This document shows, one piece after another, positions 1 to 12,149 of a stretch of 64,000 bases of DNA (the first letter of the stretch is position 1; each line of letters starts with the position of its first letter). The DNA lies in assembly GCF_964213995.1 (NCBI RefSeq), contig NW_027590117.1, positions 4,030,001 to 4,094,000 of the forward strand. The letters are read 5' to 3'. The DNA is from Mustelus asterias (taxonomy: Eukaryota). The notes beneath the pieces were generated by a model. It was not told the origin of the DNA, did no database searches, and saw nothing but the letters and a program-made list of their open reading frames with translations. A program made the translations under genes and the position numbers.

Positions 1-1007
1 TAAGTATTTCTCCTGCTGCCAACCCTCTATCGTTAATGTTTGGCAAACTATTTGTGTCCTCCACCGTGAAGACCGACACAAAAAACTTATTTAAAGACTC
101 AGCCATATCCTCATTTCCCACTATTAACTCCCCCCTCTCGTCCTCCAAGGGTCCAACATTCACTCTAGCCACTCTATTCCTTTTTATATATTTATAAAAA
201 TTTTTACTATCATTTTTTATATTAATTGCTAGCCTAGCTTCATAGTCTATCCTTCCTTTCTTTATCGCTTTCTTAGTCTCTCTTTGTTGTTTCTTAAATT
301 TTTCCCAATCACTTGTTTCTCCACTTTTTTTGGCCACTCTGTACGCAGCTGTTTTTATTTTAATACTCTCCTTTATTTCCTTCGTTATCCACGGCTGGTT
401 CTCCCTTTTCTTTTTTGCTGGAATATATTTTTGCTGAGAACTGAAAAGGATCTCCTTAAAAATCCTCCACTGTTCCTCAGCTATCCTACCTGCCAGCCTG
501 CTCTCCCAGTCTACCTTAGCCAATTCATCCCTCATCCTATCATATTTCCCTCTGTTCAAACAGAGGACACTGGTTTGGGACCAAACTTTCTCCTCTTCCA
601 TCTGAATCAGAAATTCGACCTGGACCATATTGTGGTCACTAGACCCAAGAGGGTCCTTCACAATAAGATCCTTAATTCTACCTACCTCGTTACACAATAC
701 CAGATCCAACATAGCTCGTTCCGTCGTCGGTTCCGTAACATGCTGTTCAAGGAAACTATCCCGACAGCATTCTAAGAACTCTTCCTCCATTCCACCCTTA
801 CCGACTTGAGTCTGCCAGTCAATGTGCATGTTGAAGTCCCCCATGATTATTGCCGTTCCGTTTTTACACGCATCCCTTATCTGCTTGTTTATAGCCCTCC
901 CTACCTCAACGTTATTATTTGGGGGCCTATATACCACACCTACTAGTGTCTTTCTCCCTCTACTATTCCTCATCTCTACCCATAATGATTCCACATTTTG
1001 TTCCTAA
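1..1007 (-). mobile_element. CR1 LINE fragment (ORF2 endonuclease region), decayed
   Basis: Minus strand encodes APE-like motifs (GVVYRPPN, IIMGDFNMHIDW); interrupted by stops. Confidence 0.7.
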
Positions 1008-1009
1008 TT

Positions 1010-1370
1010 AATATAAAATAATGAGGAGCATCGGGCAGCTAGATAGTCGATATCTTTTCCCAAAGGTAGGGGAGTCTAAAACGAGAGGGCATAGGTTTAA
1101 GGTGAGAGGGGAGAGATATAAAAGAGTCCAGAGGTGCAATTTTTTCACCCAGAAGGTGATAAGTGTCTGGAACAAGTTGCCACAGTTGTAGTAGAGGTGG
1201 GTACAATTTTGTCTGTTAAGTGTTTAGACAGTTACATGGGTAAGATAGGTATAGAGAGATATGGGCCAAATACAGGCAATTGGGACTAGATTAGGGGGTT
1301 AAAAAACGGGGTGGCATGGACCAATTGGGCCAAAGGGCCTGTTTCCATGCTGTAAACCTCTGACTCGATG
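1010..1370 (+). mobile_element. CR1 LINE 3' end
   Basis: Encodes SKTRGH-like C-terminal motif; 3' UTR ends gggccaaagggcctgtttccatgctgta. Confidence 0.7.
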
Positions 1371-1449
1371 ACACTTTGTGTGATTACACACATGCTTTCC
1401 AAACCTATCCTTGTATTCCACTGAGATTCCTTCTTCATCTACTCCTATC

Positions 1450-3090
1450 TTATATGATTTGATTTATTATTTTCACGTGTATGAGTATACAGTGAAAATT
1501 ACTGTTTCTTGCGCGCTATATAGACAAAGCATACCTTTCATAGAGAAGTAAAGGAGAGAGTGCAGAATGTAGTCATAGCTAGGGTGTAGAGAAAGATCAA
1601 CTTAATGCTAGGTAGGTCCATTCAAAAGTCTGGCAGCAGCAGGGAAGAAACTGTTCTTGAGTCGGTTGGTACGTGACCTCAGACTTTTCTATCTTTTTCC
1701 CAATGGAAGAAGGTGGAAGAGATAATGTCCGGGGTGAGTGGGGTCCTGAATTCTGCTGGCTGGCAGCAGGAAGTGTATACAGAGTCAATGGATGGGAGGC
1801 TGGTTTGCGTGATGGATTGGGCTACATTCACAACATTTTGTAGTTTCTTGCAGTCTTGGGCAGAGCAGGAGCCAAACCAAGTTGTGATACAACCAGAAAT
1901 AATGCTTTCTATGGTGCATCTCTAACAGTTGGTGAGAGTCGTAGCTGATGTGCTAAATTTCTTTAGTCTGCTGAGAAAGTATAGACGTTGGTGGTGCTTT
2001 CTTAACTATAGTGTCGGCATGAGGGGGACCAGGACAGGTTGTTGGTGATCTGGACACCTAAAAACATGAAGCTCTCGACCATTTCTACTTCGTCCCCGTT
2101 AATGTAGACAGGGGCATGTTCTCTCTTATGCTTCCTGAAGTAGATGACAATCTCCTTCATTTTGTTGACATTGGGGGACAGATTATTGTCACTGCACCAG
2201 TTCACCAGATTCTCTATCTCGTTCCTGAACTCTCTCATCATTGTTTGCGATCCGGCCCACTGCGGTGGTGTCGTCAGCAAACTTGAAAATCGAATTGGAG
2301 GGGAATTTGGCCACACAGTCACAGGTGTCTCAGGAGTATAGTAGGGGGCTGAGAACACAGCCTTGTGGGGCACCAGTGTTGGGGATGATCGTGAAGGAGG
2401 TGTTGTTGCTTATCCTTTCTGATTGTGGTCTGTGGGTTAGGAAGTTCAGTATCCAGTCGCAGAGAGAGGAGCCGAGGTCCAGGCCACGGAGTTTGGAGAT
2501 GAGTTTTGTAGGAATATTGGTGTTGAAGGCTGAGCTGTAGTCAATAAATAGAAGTCTGCTGTCAGTGTCTTTGTTATCGAGGTGTTCCAGGGCTGAGTGC
2601 AGGGGCAGGGAGATGGCGTCTGCTGTGTCCTGTTGCGCTGGTAGGCGAACTGTAGTGCATCCAGATAGTCTGGGAGGCTGGAATTGATTTGTGCCATGAT
2701 CTTTCAATGCACTTCTTAATGATGGATGTCTGAGCCACTGGATAATGGTCATTGAGGCACGCTGCTTAGCTTTTCTTTGGTACTGGGATGATGGTCGTCG
2801 TCTTGAAACAGGTAGGGACCTGAGATTGTTGGAACAAGAGGTTGAAGATGTCTGCGAATGCGCCCGCCAGCTGATCCATGCAGGATCTGAGTGCTTGTCC
2901 GGGTACCCCATCCGAGGCAGTCACTTTCCTTGGGTTGACCTCTGAGAAAGCTGCTCTGACATTTGCAATGGTGACCTCAGATACAGATTCATCTCAGGCT
3001 TCCAGGGTGGAGCGCGTGCTCTCGCTGACCTCTTGCTCAGAGCGGGCACAGAATGCATTGAGCTCATCAGGGAGGCATGCGTTGGAGCCG
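1450..3090 (-). mobile_element. Rex1/Babar-like LINE, 5'-truncated, frameshifted RT
   Basis: ORF pieces LFIDYSSAFNT, GAPQGCVLSPLLYS, FLGVQITNNLSWS; 3' tail aataaatcaaatca at ~1455. Confidence 0.75.
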
Positions 3091-3199
3091 GTGATTTTTG
3101 TTCTTTCTCTAGATATTCCTCTTTTCCACTTCTATATAATGGTGCCCATCCCCCTGCCAGTTTAGTTCAAACCCTCCTCGTCCACATGAGTGACCCTCT

Positions 3200-3800
3200 C
3201 CATGAGGACACAGGCATTGAGTACAGAATCATGCAAGTTATGCTGAGCCTTTCGAAAACTCTGATTGGATCACAGCTGAAGCATTGAGTCCAGTTCTGCT
3301 CAGCACACTTGAGGAAACGTGACGGTGGTTCAGCGGGTGCAGAGGAGATTGACCAGAATGGTTTCAGCAATGAGGGATTTTAGCCACAAAGTTAGGTTGC
3401 AGAAGCTGTGGTTGATCTTTTTTGGAGCAAAGCAGATTGAGAGAGAGATCTGATAGAGGTGGACAGGATTATGGCTGGTGTGGTTCAGGTAGACAAAGAA
3501 AAGCTGATCCCATTCACTGATAGTATTAGGACTAGGGGGCACAAGTTGAAGGTTTTGGAAGAGACACGGGGGGATGTGTGGAAGAACTTCTCATGCAGCG
3601 AGTGACAACCTGGAAGTTGCTGTCTCTGAGGTTGGAAGCCGAGACGATGAATTATTTCAAAGAGGAATTTGGAGGGCCATTTGAGGGAAATAAACTTGTC
3701 GGGCGATGGGGATAGAGCAGGAGAATGGGACTGACTGGATTGCTCCACGGAGAACCAGCATGGACTGGATGTGGCGAATGGCCTCCTTCCATACGGTAAT
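3200..3800 (+). mobile_element. CR1 LINE 3' fragment, decayed
   Basis: RTRGH motif and CR1-type 3' UTR (cgaatggcctccttcc). Confidence 0.55.
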
Positions 3801-4259
3801 GACTCTAATTCCAGTCTCCCCTGGTTGTCTGTTATTGGACAGTGAAGATTGGAAGCAGAGGCAGACAGTCAGGATGTGGGGAGTTAGACAAAGAGCAGCT
3901 CTTGCAGGCACCAGGTGAGAATGAGGATGGACACATTTTAAACAGAGACTGTTTGGTTTTGATTACGATCTGGTTAATCACACGGGAGCAATGAATGGAA
4001 ATATGAACATTACAAATGTCCCTGCTCCATCCGGTTATCCCATTCATGGAACAGTGCAGGGTTTCAGTTCTATCTGAATGTCATTGAATTGTCGTAGCAC
4101 CTACCGCCACTGATCATGCATCTCGTACACAGACACTGAGGCCTGCAGTCACACATTGACAATGTTTGTATCACTGGGGTTCCTTTGTGGATGTTCATTA
4201 TGATTATATACTGAGATTTATAAATTACTAAAACTGCTCTTTTAAATTTATTTGCAAGA

Positions 4260-7102
4260 CCAGAGATCCTCTGACCTCGGAAGGGAGACCCCGACCTGGC
4301 AGTGACCCGGAGAACCCGAACACGTGAACCCAGCCGTGACCCCAGAGACCCCATCCACCAACCGGTCTTCAACCCGTCCATGCCAGAGTGTGGTGTGAAC
4401 ACCCTCCAAACTCAAACCGCAGCCCGACAGCGACCCGGAACTCCCAACCGCTCAGACCCGACTGCCGACGCAGGAACCGTGACCATGGCAACAAATCCTC
4501 CACCCACACACCAACCAAAGCGGAAACAGGATACAGCTACACCCTTGATCCCACAGACTAAACACCGTCTCACAGGCACGACAGGAAGCAGCCACCCCAG
4601 GAAGCGTGGGAAACGCGCAGGCTTGCAGGTGAGACTGAAACAATGTGGTTCCAAGGCCCCCCTCCCCAGCTTACTCCTGGCAAATGTTCCATCTCTGGAA
4701 CACAATCTAGATGAACTTAAAACCAGACTCACTTTTCAAAGGGAACTGAGAGACTGCTGTGTGCTCTGTTTCACGGAGACACAGACCACACCTGCTTCAC
4801 CGGACAGTGCCCTACAACCTCAGGGCTTCTCCATCCACCGAATGGACCGTACAGCGGCCTCAGATAAGCACTTGAATGAGTACGTCACTACAGTAACTGA
4901 CTTCCTTAGTCATTGCATAGAAGACTGAGCTAAAGAAGCAAATCCATGTTTTTCCCAACCGGAAAGCATGGATGAACAGGGATATCCACTGCTTCCTGAA
5001 GTCCAGGTCCGAGGGGTTCCAGTCAGGGGACCCTGAACTGTAAAGAAATCCAGATGTGACCTACAGGGAACCATCAAAGATGCCAAGTGCCAGTACCGGA
5101 CCAAGCTAGAGTCCGAGGCTCGCCACATGGACTCCCACCGTTTATGGTAAGGTCTGAAAGGCATAACAGGCTACCAGATGAAGGCATGTCGAATTGCCAG
5201 CGACAATGCCCCTCTCCCCGATGGGCTCAATGCATTCTATGTCTGTTTTGAGGAAGAGAGAGGATGCCCTCCACTCTGAAAGCCTTGGCCGAACCTGTAT
5301 CCGAGGTCACCATCACAGACTTCAGATCAGCCTTCTTGAAAGTTAACCCGCGGAAAGCGACTGGCCTGGATGGGGTGCGGGGACAGGCACTTAGATCCAG
5401 CGTGGACCAGCTGGCAGGGGTATTCGCAGACATCTTTAACTTCTCCTTTCACCAATCTGAGGTCCCTATCTGCTTCAAGAAGATGACATCATCCCTGTAC
5501 CAAAGAAAAGCCAGGCATCGTGCCTTCATGACTATTGCCTGGTAGCTCTGACATCCATCATTATGAACTGCTTCGAAAGGTTAGTCATGGCACGGATCAG
5601 CTCCAGTCTCCCAGATTGCCTGGATCCACGACAGTTCACCTACTGCTGCACCAGGTCCACAGTAGATGCCATCTCCCTGACCGTACACTCAACCCTGGAA
5701 CACCTAGATAACAAAGACCCATGTCAGATTCCCATTTATTGATTACAGCTCAGCCTTCAACACCATTATTCCTACAAAGCCCATCTTCAAACACCATGGC
5801 TAGGGCTTGGTTCCTCCCTCTGCGACTGCATCCTAGACTTCTTAACCCACAGACCGCAATTAGTAAAGATAAGCAACGACACCTCCTCCATGATTATTCT
5901 CAACACCAGTGCCCCACACAAGGCTGTATCCTCAACCCCTGACGATGCTCCTTATACACTTATGACTGTGTGGCCAAATTCCGCTTCAAATCTATTTTCA
6001 AGTTTGCTGATGATACCACCATAGTGGGTCGGATCTCAAACAATGATGAGACGGACTATAGGAATGAGATAGAGCATCTGGTAAATTAGGGCAACGACAA
6101 TAATCTCTCCCTCAATGTCAACCAAACAAAGGGGATTGTCATTAACTTCAGGAAGCATCGTGGAGGACATGCCCCTGTCTACATCAATGGGGGTGAAATG
6201 GAAATTGTCGAGAGCTTCAGGTTTCTGGGTGTCGAGATCATCAATAACTTGTCCTGGTCCTTCCACGCTGACACTACAGTTAAGTAAGACCTCTAATTTC
6301 TCAGGAGACTAAGGAAATTCAGCATTGCCTGTGTGGAGTTTGCACATTCTCCTCGTGTCTGCGTGGGTTTCCTCTGAGTGCTCCGGTTTCCTCCCACAGT
6401 CCAAAGATGTGCGGGTTAGGTTGATTGGCCATGCTAAAATTGCCCCTTAGTGTCCTGAGATGTGTAGGTTAGAGGGAAATGTGTAGGGATATGGGTAGGG
6501 CCTGGGTGGGATTGTGGTCGGTGCAGACTCGATGGGCCAGATGGCCTCTTTCTGCACTGTCGGGTTTCTATAATTTCTATGATTTCCGCTATGACTCTCA
6601 CCAAGTTTTTCAGATGCACCAAAGAAAATACCCTTTCCAGATGTATCACAGCTTGGTATGGCTCCTGCTCTTACCAAGACCGCCTTAAACTACGAACAGT
6701 TCTTATAGTAGCGCAGTCCATCACACAAATCAGCCTCCCATCCATTGACTCCGTCTGCACTTCCCATCACGTCAGAAAAGCAGCCAGCATAATCAAAGAC
6801 CCCCATGCACCCCGGACATTCTCTCTTCCATCTTCTTTCAACAGGAAAAAGATACAAACATCTGAGATCATGTACCAACCAACTCAAGAACCGCATCTTC
6901 CCTGCTGCCATCAGACTTTTGAATGGACCTATCTTATATTGATCTTTTGCTGCAGACTAGTTATGAATGTAACACTACATTCTGCACTCTGTCATTTCTT
7001 TCTCCCCATGTACTCTATGAATGGTATGCTTTGCTTGTATAGCGCACAAGAAAAAATACTTTTCACAGTATGCCAATACATGTGACAACAGTAAATCAAA
7101 TT
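4260..7102 (+). mobile_element. Rex1/Babar-like LINE with internal deletion and nested SINE
   Basis: EN start PLPSLLLANV..LDELK..CCVLCFTET; RKATGLDG, FADD; same family and tail as 1450-3090. Confidence 0.75.
6328..6585 (+). mobile_element. HE1-like V-SINE, 5'-truncated, nested in Rex/Babar
   Basis: V-domain tgtgtggagtttgcacattctcc..ggtttcctcccacagtccaaaga; CR1-like tail with ttctatga repeats. Confidence 0.75.
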
Positions 7103-8199
7103 GAACAAGGGCTGTGTATTATTCCCTCACCTGTAATTGGGTTACAATGAGTAAATTATTCCTGACAGGCAAATCATTGAACCAATCAATGTTAGTTTGA
7201 AGTTTCCTCACTTGAGTTGCAATGAACAGTGCAGTGAGCTCCTCACACACATTATGTCTGTTCTCTCTCAGAGTGCATCAGTTCCACAGTCTCAGGCAGC
7301 AGAACCGGTTGCAGAGACACATTTTCAATCCAACAATCAATCAGAGCAGGAGAGACAGACATTGTTTCCATGTCATCCCAAGTCAGTACCACTGACAGGG
7401 AGATACATAAATCCCAGTCCAAATTCTCACCCGCTATCAGATTGTCAGTGTGTCAGTCCTACAATATTGTAGCATTAGTTGCAATTCAATTAAATACCAG
7501 ATAGAAATAAATGATTGTATAATCTGAGACACACACTGATTATTATAATAAGGATACATATAAATTGGTACAAACTGAGATACAGATCACATAGCTGACT
7601 TAAAGCCTCAGACGTGTAGGGCAGAAATTGTAATAATTCTCACAGTCAAACTGAGCTCAACATTCAAGTATAAAGTTCTCCCAAACACAGTGAATGATAA
7701 AGGAATCAATTTGATTATTAAAATGTGAATTACACTTCCCTTTACTTAACAAGGGCGTGTTAGATGAAAAGATGCATGATCCTCCACAATTGTGCTCACA
7801 CAAAGTGATTTAATACAAGGCAAAAATTAGATTTTTTTTTGAAAAAACCTACAGCATCAATGGCCTGTTTCTGCACTGAAATTTCAATGTGGAATGAATC
7901 CAGACTGTTAAACTGTCCCAGAGCCTTCGGTTATGTAATGAATCCCACACAGTCAGAGTAACAGTGACTGACAGATTCAGAATCATTCTCCAGCACATGT
8001 CCATTACCAGACACTGACAGATACAGACTGTTACTGAACTCACTGACAGCACCTGAGCCTGATCCTGAACGACACTAATCAGTCTGACACACAGATATGG
8101 TACTACTAATAGAGTCCAGAAATCATCACAAACCCACACAGACTGATGAATGTGCCAGACGACACACCCCATATTAAAGAAAGGGCGTTACGGACCCAC

Positions 8200-9145
8200 A
8201 TTTTCTTACATATTTTCCACATTCCCATAGTGGTCGCTGCATATTTATCCACATTATACCACATCTGCCATGCAGATGCCCACACACTCAGCCTGTCCAA
8301 ATCACGCTGGAGGATCTCTGCATGCTCCTCACAGCTCACCCTCCAACCCAATATTGTATCATCTACATGTTTGGAGATAATACATTTAGTTCCTGTGTCC
8401 AAATCATTAATATATAATATGAACAGTTGGGGTCCAAGCACAGATCCCTGCGGTACCCCACTAATCACTGCCTTCCAATTGGAAAAAGACCCATTTATGC
8501 CATCTCTTTGCTTCCTGTCTGCTAACCAGCTTTCTATCCATCTCAAGACGCTACCCACAATCCCATGTACTTTAATTTTACATAGTAGAAGGGTGGCACG
8601 GCGGCACAGTGGTTGGCACTGCTGTCTCACAGCGCCAGGGAGCCGGGTTAGATTCCTGGCTTGGGTCACTTGTAGAGTTTGCATGTTCCCTCTGTGTCTG
8701 CGTGCGTTTCCTCTGGATGCTCTGGTTTCCTCCCACAGTCTGAAAGGCATGCTGGTTAGTTGCATTGGCCATGCTAAATTCTCTCAATCTACCCGAACAG
8801 GTGGCAGAGTATGGCGACTGGGGGATTTTCACAATAACTTCATTGCAGTGTTAATGTAAACCTACTTGTGACACTAATAAACAAACTTTAAACTTTATAA
8901 CTTAAAACCGTTATGTAAGACCTTGTCCAAAGCCTTCTGAAAGTCGAAATAAATCACATCCACCGGTTCTCCCTGGTCAACTCTACTAGTTACATCCTCA
9001 AAGAATTCTAGTAGTTTTGTCAAGCATGATTTCCCTTTTGTAAATCCATGCTGACTTTATCTGATTAGAACACTGCTTTTCAAACGCTTGATAATGGACT
9101 CCAGCAACTGCCCTACGACCGACGTTCAGCTCACTGGTCGTTGGT
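8200..9145 (-). mobile_element. CR1 RT fragment interrupted by a SINE
   Basis: [18 protein letters not shown] (degenerate FADD). Confidence 0.75.
8589..8900 (+). mobile_element. V-SINE with alternative (non-CR1) tail
   Basis: tRNA-like head ggcacggcggcacagtggttggcact, V domain, tail aacttcattgcagtgttaatgtaaacctacttgtgacactaataaa. Confidence 0.65.
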
Positions 9146-9319
9146 TCCCTCTTTCCTGTAACACTACATTCTGAACTCTCTCATTTCCTTCTCTATGAAC
9201 AGTATGTTTTGTCTGGATAGCGCGCAAGAAACAATATGTTAATACATGTGACAATAATAAATCAAATCAAATCAAATCCTCTCTACTTCTGATTTTGAAT
9301 ACAGGGCTTAAATTAATTA

Positions 9320-9482
9320 CCTCTCTGTCCCCTGAAGGTGCTGACTCTGGCTGGGTTCAGTTCTACACTCACTGGTTCCTCTCTCTCCTGAAGGTGCTGA
9401 CTCTGGCTGTGTTCAGTTCGACACTCACTGATTCTTCTCTCTCTCTCTCCTGAAGGTGCTGACTCTGGCTGGGTTCAGTTCA
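9320..9482. repeat. Minisatellite, ~3 copies of a ~56-60 bp unit
   Basis: cctgaaggtgctgactctggctgggttcagttc occurs three times. Confidence 0.85.
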
Positions 9483-9554
9483 GACGCTGGAAATCTGAAA
9501 TGAAACAGAAAAGAAAGCTCAGCAGATTGTGCAGCATCTGTCTACAGAGAGAAA

Positions 9555-9593
9555 CAGAGTTAGTTTTTCAGGTCTGTGACCTTTCATCAGAAC
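9555..9593 (-). ncRNA. Minimal hammerhead-like motif in a Penelope-type terminal fragment (degenerate)
   Basis: Reverse complement agttCTGATGAaaggtcacagacctGAAAaactaact. Confidence 0.5.
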
Positions 9594-10199
9594 TTGGAAA
9601 CACAGAAACTCGGAACAGGAGTCGGCCATTCAGGCCTTTGAGCCTGTTGCATCATTCAATGTGGTCATGTCTGATCCTATATCGCAATTCCATATTCTCA
9701 GTTTTCCCCAATACCCCTTGATGCCATTAAAATCGAAAAAATTCTCTCTCTCCTTGAATATATGCAGTGACTTGGTCGCCACAGCTTCTGTGGTAGAGAA
9801 TTCCACAGGTTCTAAGTGAAGAAATCTCTCCTCATCTCATTTCTAAATGGTGAACCTTGTATCCTAAGACTGTGTCCCCTTGTTCTACATTCCCCAACCA
9901 AGGAAAACATCCTTCCTGCAGCTAGTCTGGGCAATAAATACTGACCCAGACAGCGACACTCACATTCCATGAATGAATTCAAAGACAAACTGTGGGGAGC
10001 GGGCCTCAGAGTGTTTAACAGTTACTGAGGTGAAAAACTGTAACGAACCCCCTGGCATCCGGAGCAAAGGCCGGAAAGAGTAAAACATTCCGTGCTGGGA
10101 CCTTACAGTTGGTAAAGGTTTTGTCCTGTGAATGTGTAGGTGTGAATTTTGTGGAAGAGAGAGTGTATGAAAGGAGCGGGCGGGTCAGACTAATCCAAC

Positions 10200-10626
10200 T
10201 GTGTTTGTGTGTCTGTTCTGATCATGAGATCTCCGAGTTTCTCTGGTGTAAAATAAAACGATTTTCAATCAAAGATTCCCCCCAATCCCCCTGCTGAGCT
10301 CCAAAATGAGATTTCAAGGCAATTGTTTCGGTAAATTGAAGATTTCAGTGGAAAAGTAGAGAATATGTCAGCTATCGCGTGTGAGAGCGCGATCAGTGCA
10401 GCAGTAAAACGGGTTTCAGTGGAAAATGGAGTTCTCAGTTCGAGTGAAACCTTTTCAACAGCAAACATTCGTGTGTCAGAGACATGAAGGATGTGAGCTG
10501 GATCTCTGGAGAGGCGGAATTTCATTGCAAGGGGAGAGTTTGTGAGGAGAGAGAAACACAGAGAGGCTGGAGGAGCCGGGAGCTGACAGCAGCTTGTCTC
10601 TGCTCCGTCCGCTCTCTGCCTTTAAG
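10200..10626 (+). promoter_or_regulatory. H1 promoter: TG-box (10200-10206), H1/AC-box AAACACA (10554-10560), TATA-like TTTAAG (10621-10626)
   Basis: Motifs read directly upstream of the H1 ATG. Confidence 0.6.
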
Positions 10627-10702
10627 TTGCTCTGTGCCGCCACCACTGGGTTCATTTCGGATCCAGTTCTGACTCACACAGATTTTCCACACCCTCTCGG
10701 AT

Positions 10703-11368
10703 ATGACTGAAACTGCAGCCGCCGAAACGGCTCCTCCAGCCGCTCCCGCTCAAGTGAAGTCTCCCAGGAAGAAGAAGGCGGCTCCCCGACCTGCGGCAGC
10801 CGGTCCCAAGTTAGGCGAGCAGATCCTCAATGTTGTGGCGGGTTGCAGCGATCGCAAGGGGATGTCCCTGGCCGCGATAAAGAAAGCTTTGGCTGGCAGC
10901 GGAGTGGATGTGGGGAAGCGCGGCTCCCAGATCAGGTTAACTATCAAGAGGAAGGTGGAGAAAGGCTCTCTGGTGCAGACAAAGGGACAGGGCGCCTCCG
11001 GCTCCTTCAAACTCGCTCAGAAGGAAAGCCTGGGGAAAATGGGAAAGAAGTTGAAGAAACCAACAGCCAAGAAATCTTTAGTAAAGAAAACAGCGGCCAA
11101 GAAGGTGACAACAAAGAAAGCAGCAGCCAAGAAACCCGCAGCCAAGAAACTCGCAGCAAAGAAAACTCCAGTGAAGAAATCAACAGTGAAGAAAACAAGC
11201 AGCAAGAAGGCGGCAACTCCAAAAAAGGTGGTGAAGAAAGCAGCCCTGAAGAAAAAGTCTCCTGTGAAGAAGGTGACGGGCGGAAAGTCTGTCAAAAAAG
11301 CGACTAAATCGAAGGCCAAACCCAAAGTGAAAGCAGCAAAAGCGAAGAAAGCGTCAGGAAAGAAGTGA
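10703..11368 (+). CDS. H1: Replication-dependent linker histone H1 (221 aa)
   Basis: Globular domain (GMSLAAIKKAL..GSLVQTKGQGASGSFKL), Lys/Ala-rich tail, intronless, 3' stem-loop. Confidence 0.97.
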   Translation: MTETAAAETAPPAAPAQVKSPRKKKAAPRPAAAGPKLGEQILNVVAGCSDRKGMSLAAIKKALAGSGVDVGKRGSQIRLTIKRKVEKGSLVQTKGQGASGSFKLAQKESLGKMGKKLKKPTAKKSLVKKTAAKKVTTKKAAAKKPAAKKLAAKKTPVKKSTVKKTSSKKAATPKKVVKKAALKKKSPVKKVTGGKSVKKATKSKAKPKVKAAKAKKASGKK

Positions 11369-11404
11369 AACAACCCGAGCAAATTGTAAACCTCTGAACC
11401 CAAA

Positions 11405-11445
11405 GGCTCTTCTCAGAGCCACCCACATCTCTCAGGAAAGAGCTG
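11405..11445 (+). terminator. Histone 3' stem-loop plus HDE (H1)
   Basis: GGCTCTTCTCAGAGCC (11405-11420) followed by aggaaagagctg. Confidence 0.95.
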
Positions 11446-12149
11446 ATCCCGCAAGAAAATGATTCCTGTCCCGCAGCCCGGCTCGTTCTCAATAGAGATC
11501 ATTTCAAATTCAGACTAAAGCAAAACACAGCAGATGCTGAATTTCATTTGAATTTCACATTTGTTCAATCGCCACTTTCTCTCATAATAAAGATGTCTGG
11601 TAGATTCAGTGTGAGACAGTAACACTGGCGGCTAAAAAGCGCTTTCCAACTTCAATTTTAACACAGGAGATTTCTCCAAACAGCTGCAATAAGGTATTTG
11701 TAAACAGCTGGAAGCGGATGTGGGTGAGGATGATACTGAGGGAGATTCTTGCTGTGTTTAGGTCGGAATATTACTGACTGGGAATTATAACGGGATGTGG
11801 AGATGCCGGCGTTGGACTGGGGTAAGCACAGTAAGAAGTCTCACAACACCAGGTTAAAGTCCAACAGGTTTATTTGGCAGCAAATACCATAAGCTTTCGG
11901 AGCAATGCTCCTTCGTCAGATGGAGTGGTCTCTGTTCTCAAACAGGGCACAGACACAGAAATCAAATTACAGAATACTGATTAGAATGCAAATCTCTACA
12001 GCCTGCCAGGTCTTAAATGCACAGACAATGTGGGTGGAGGGAGCATTCAACACAGGTTAAAGAGATGTGTATTGTCTCCAGACAGTACAGCTTGTGAAAT
12101 TGTGCAAGTCCAGGAGTCAAGCTGTGGGGGTTACTGATAATGTGACATA

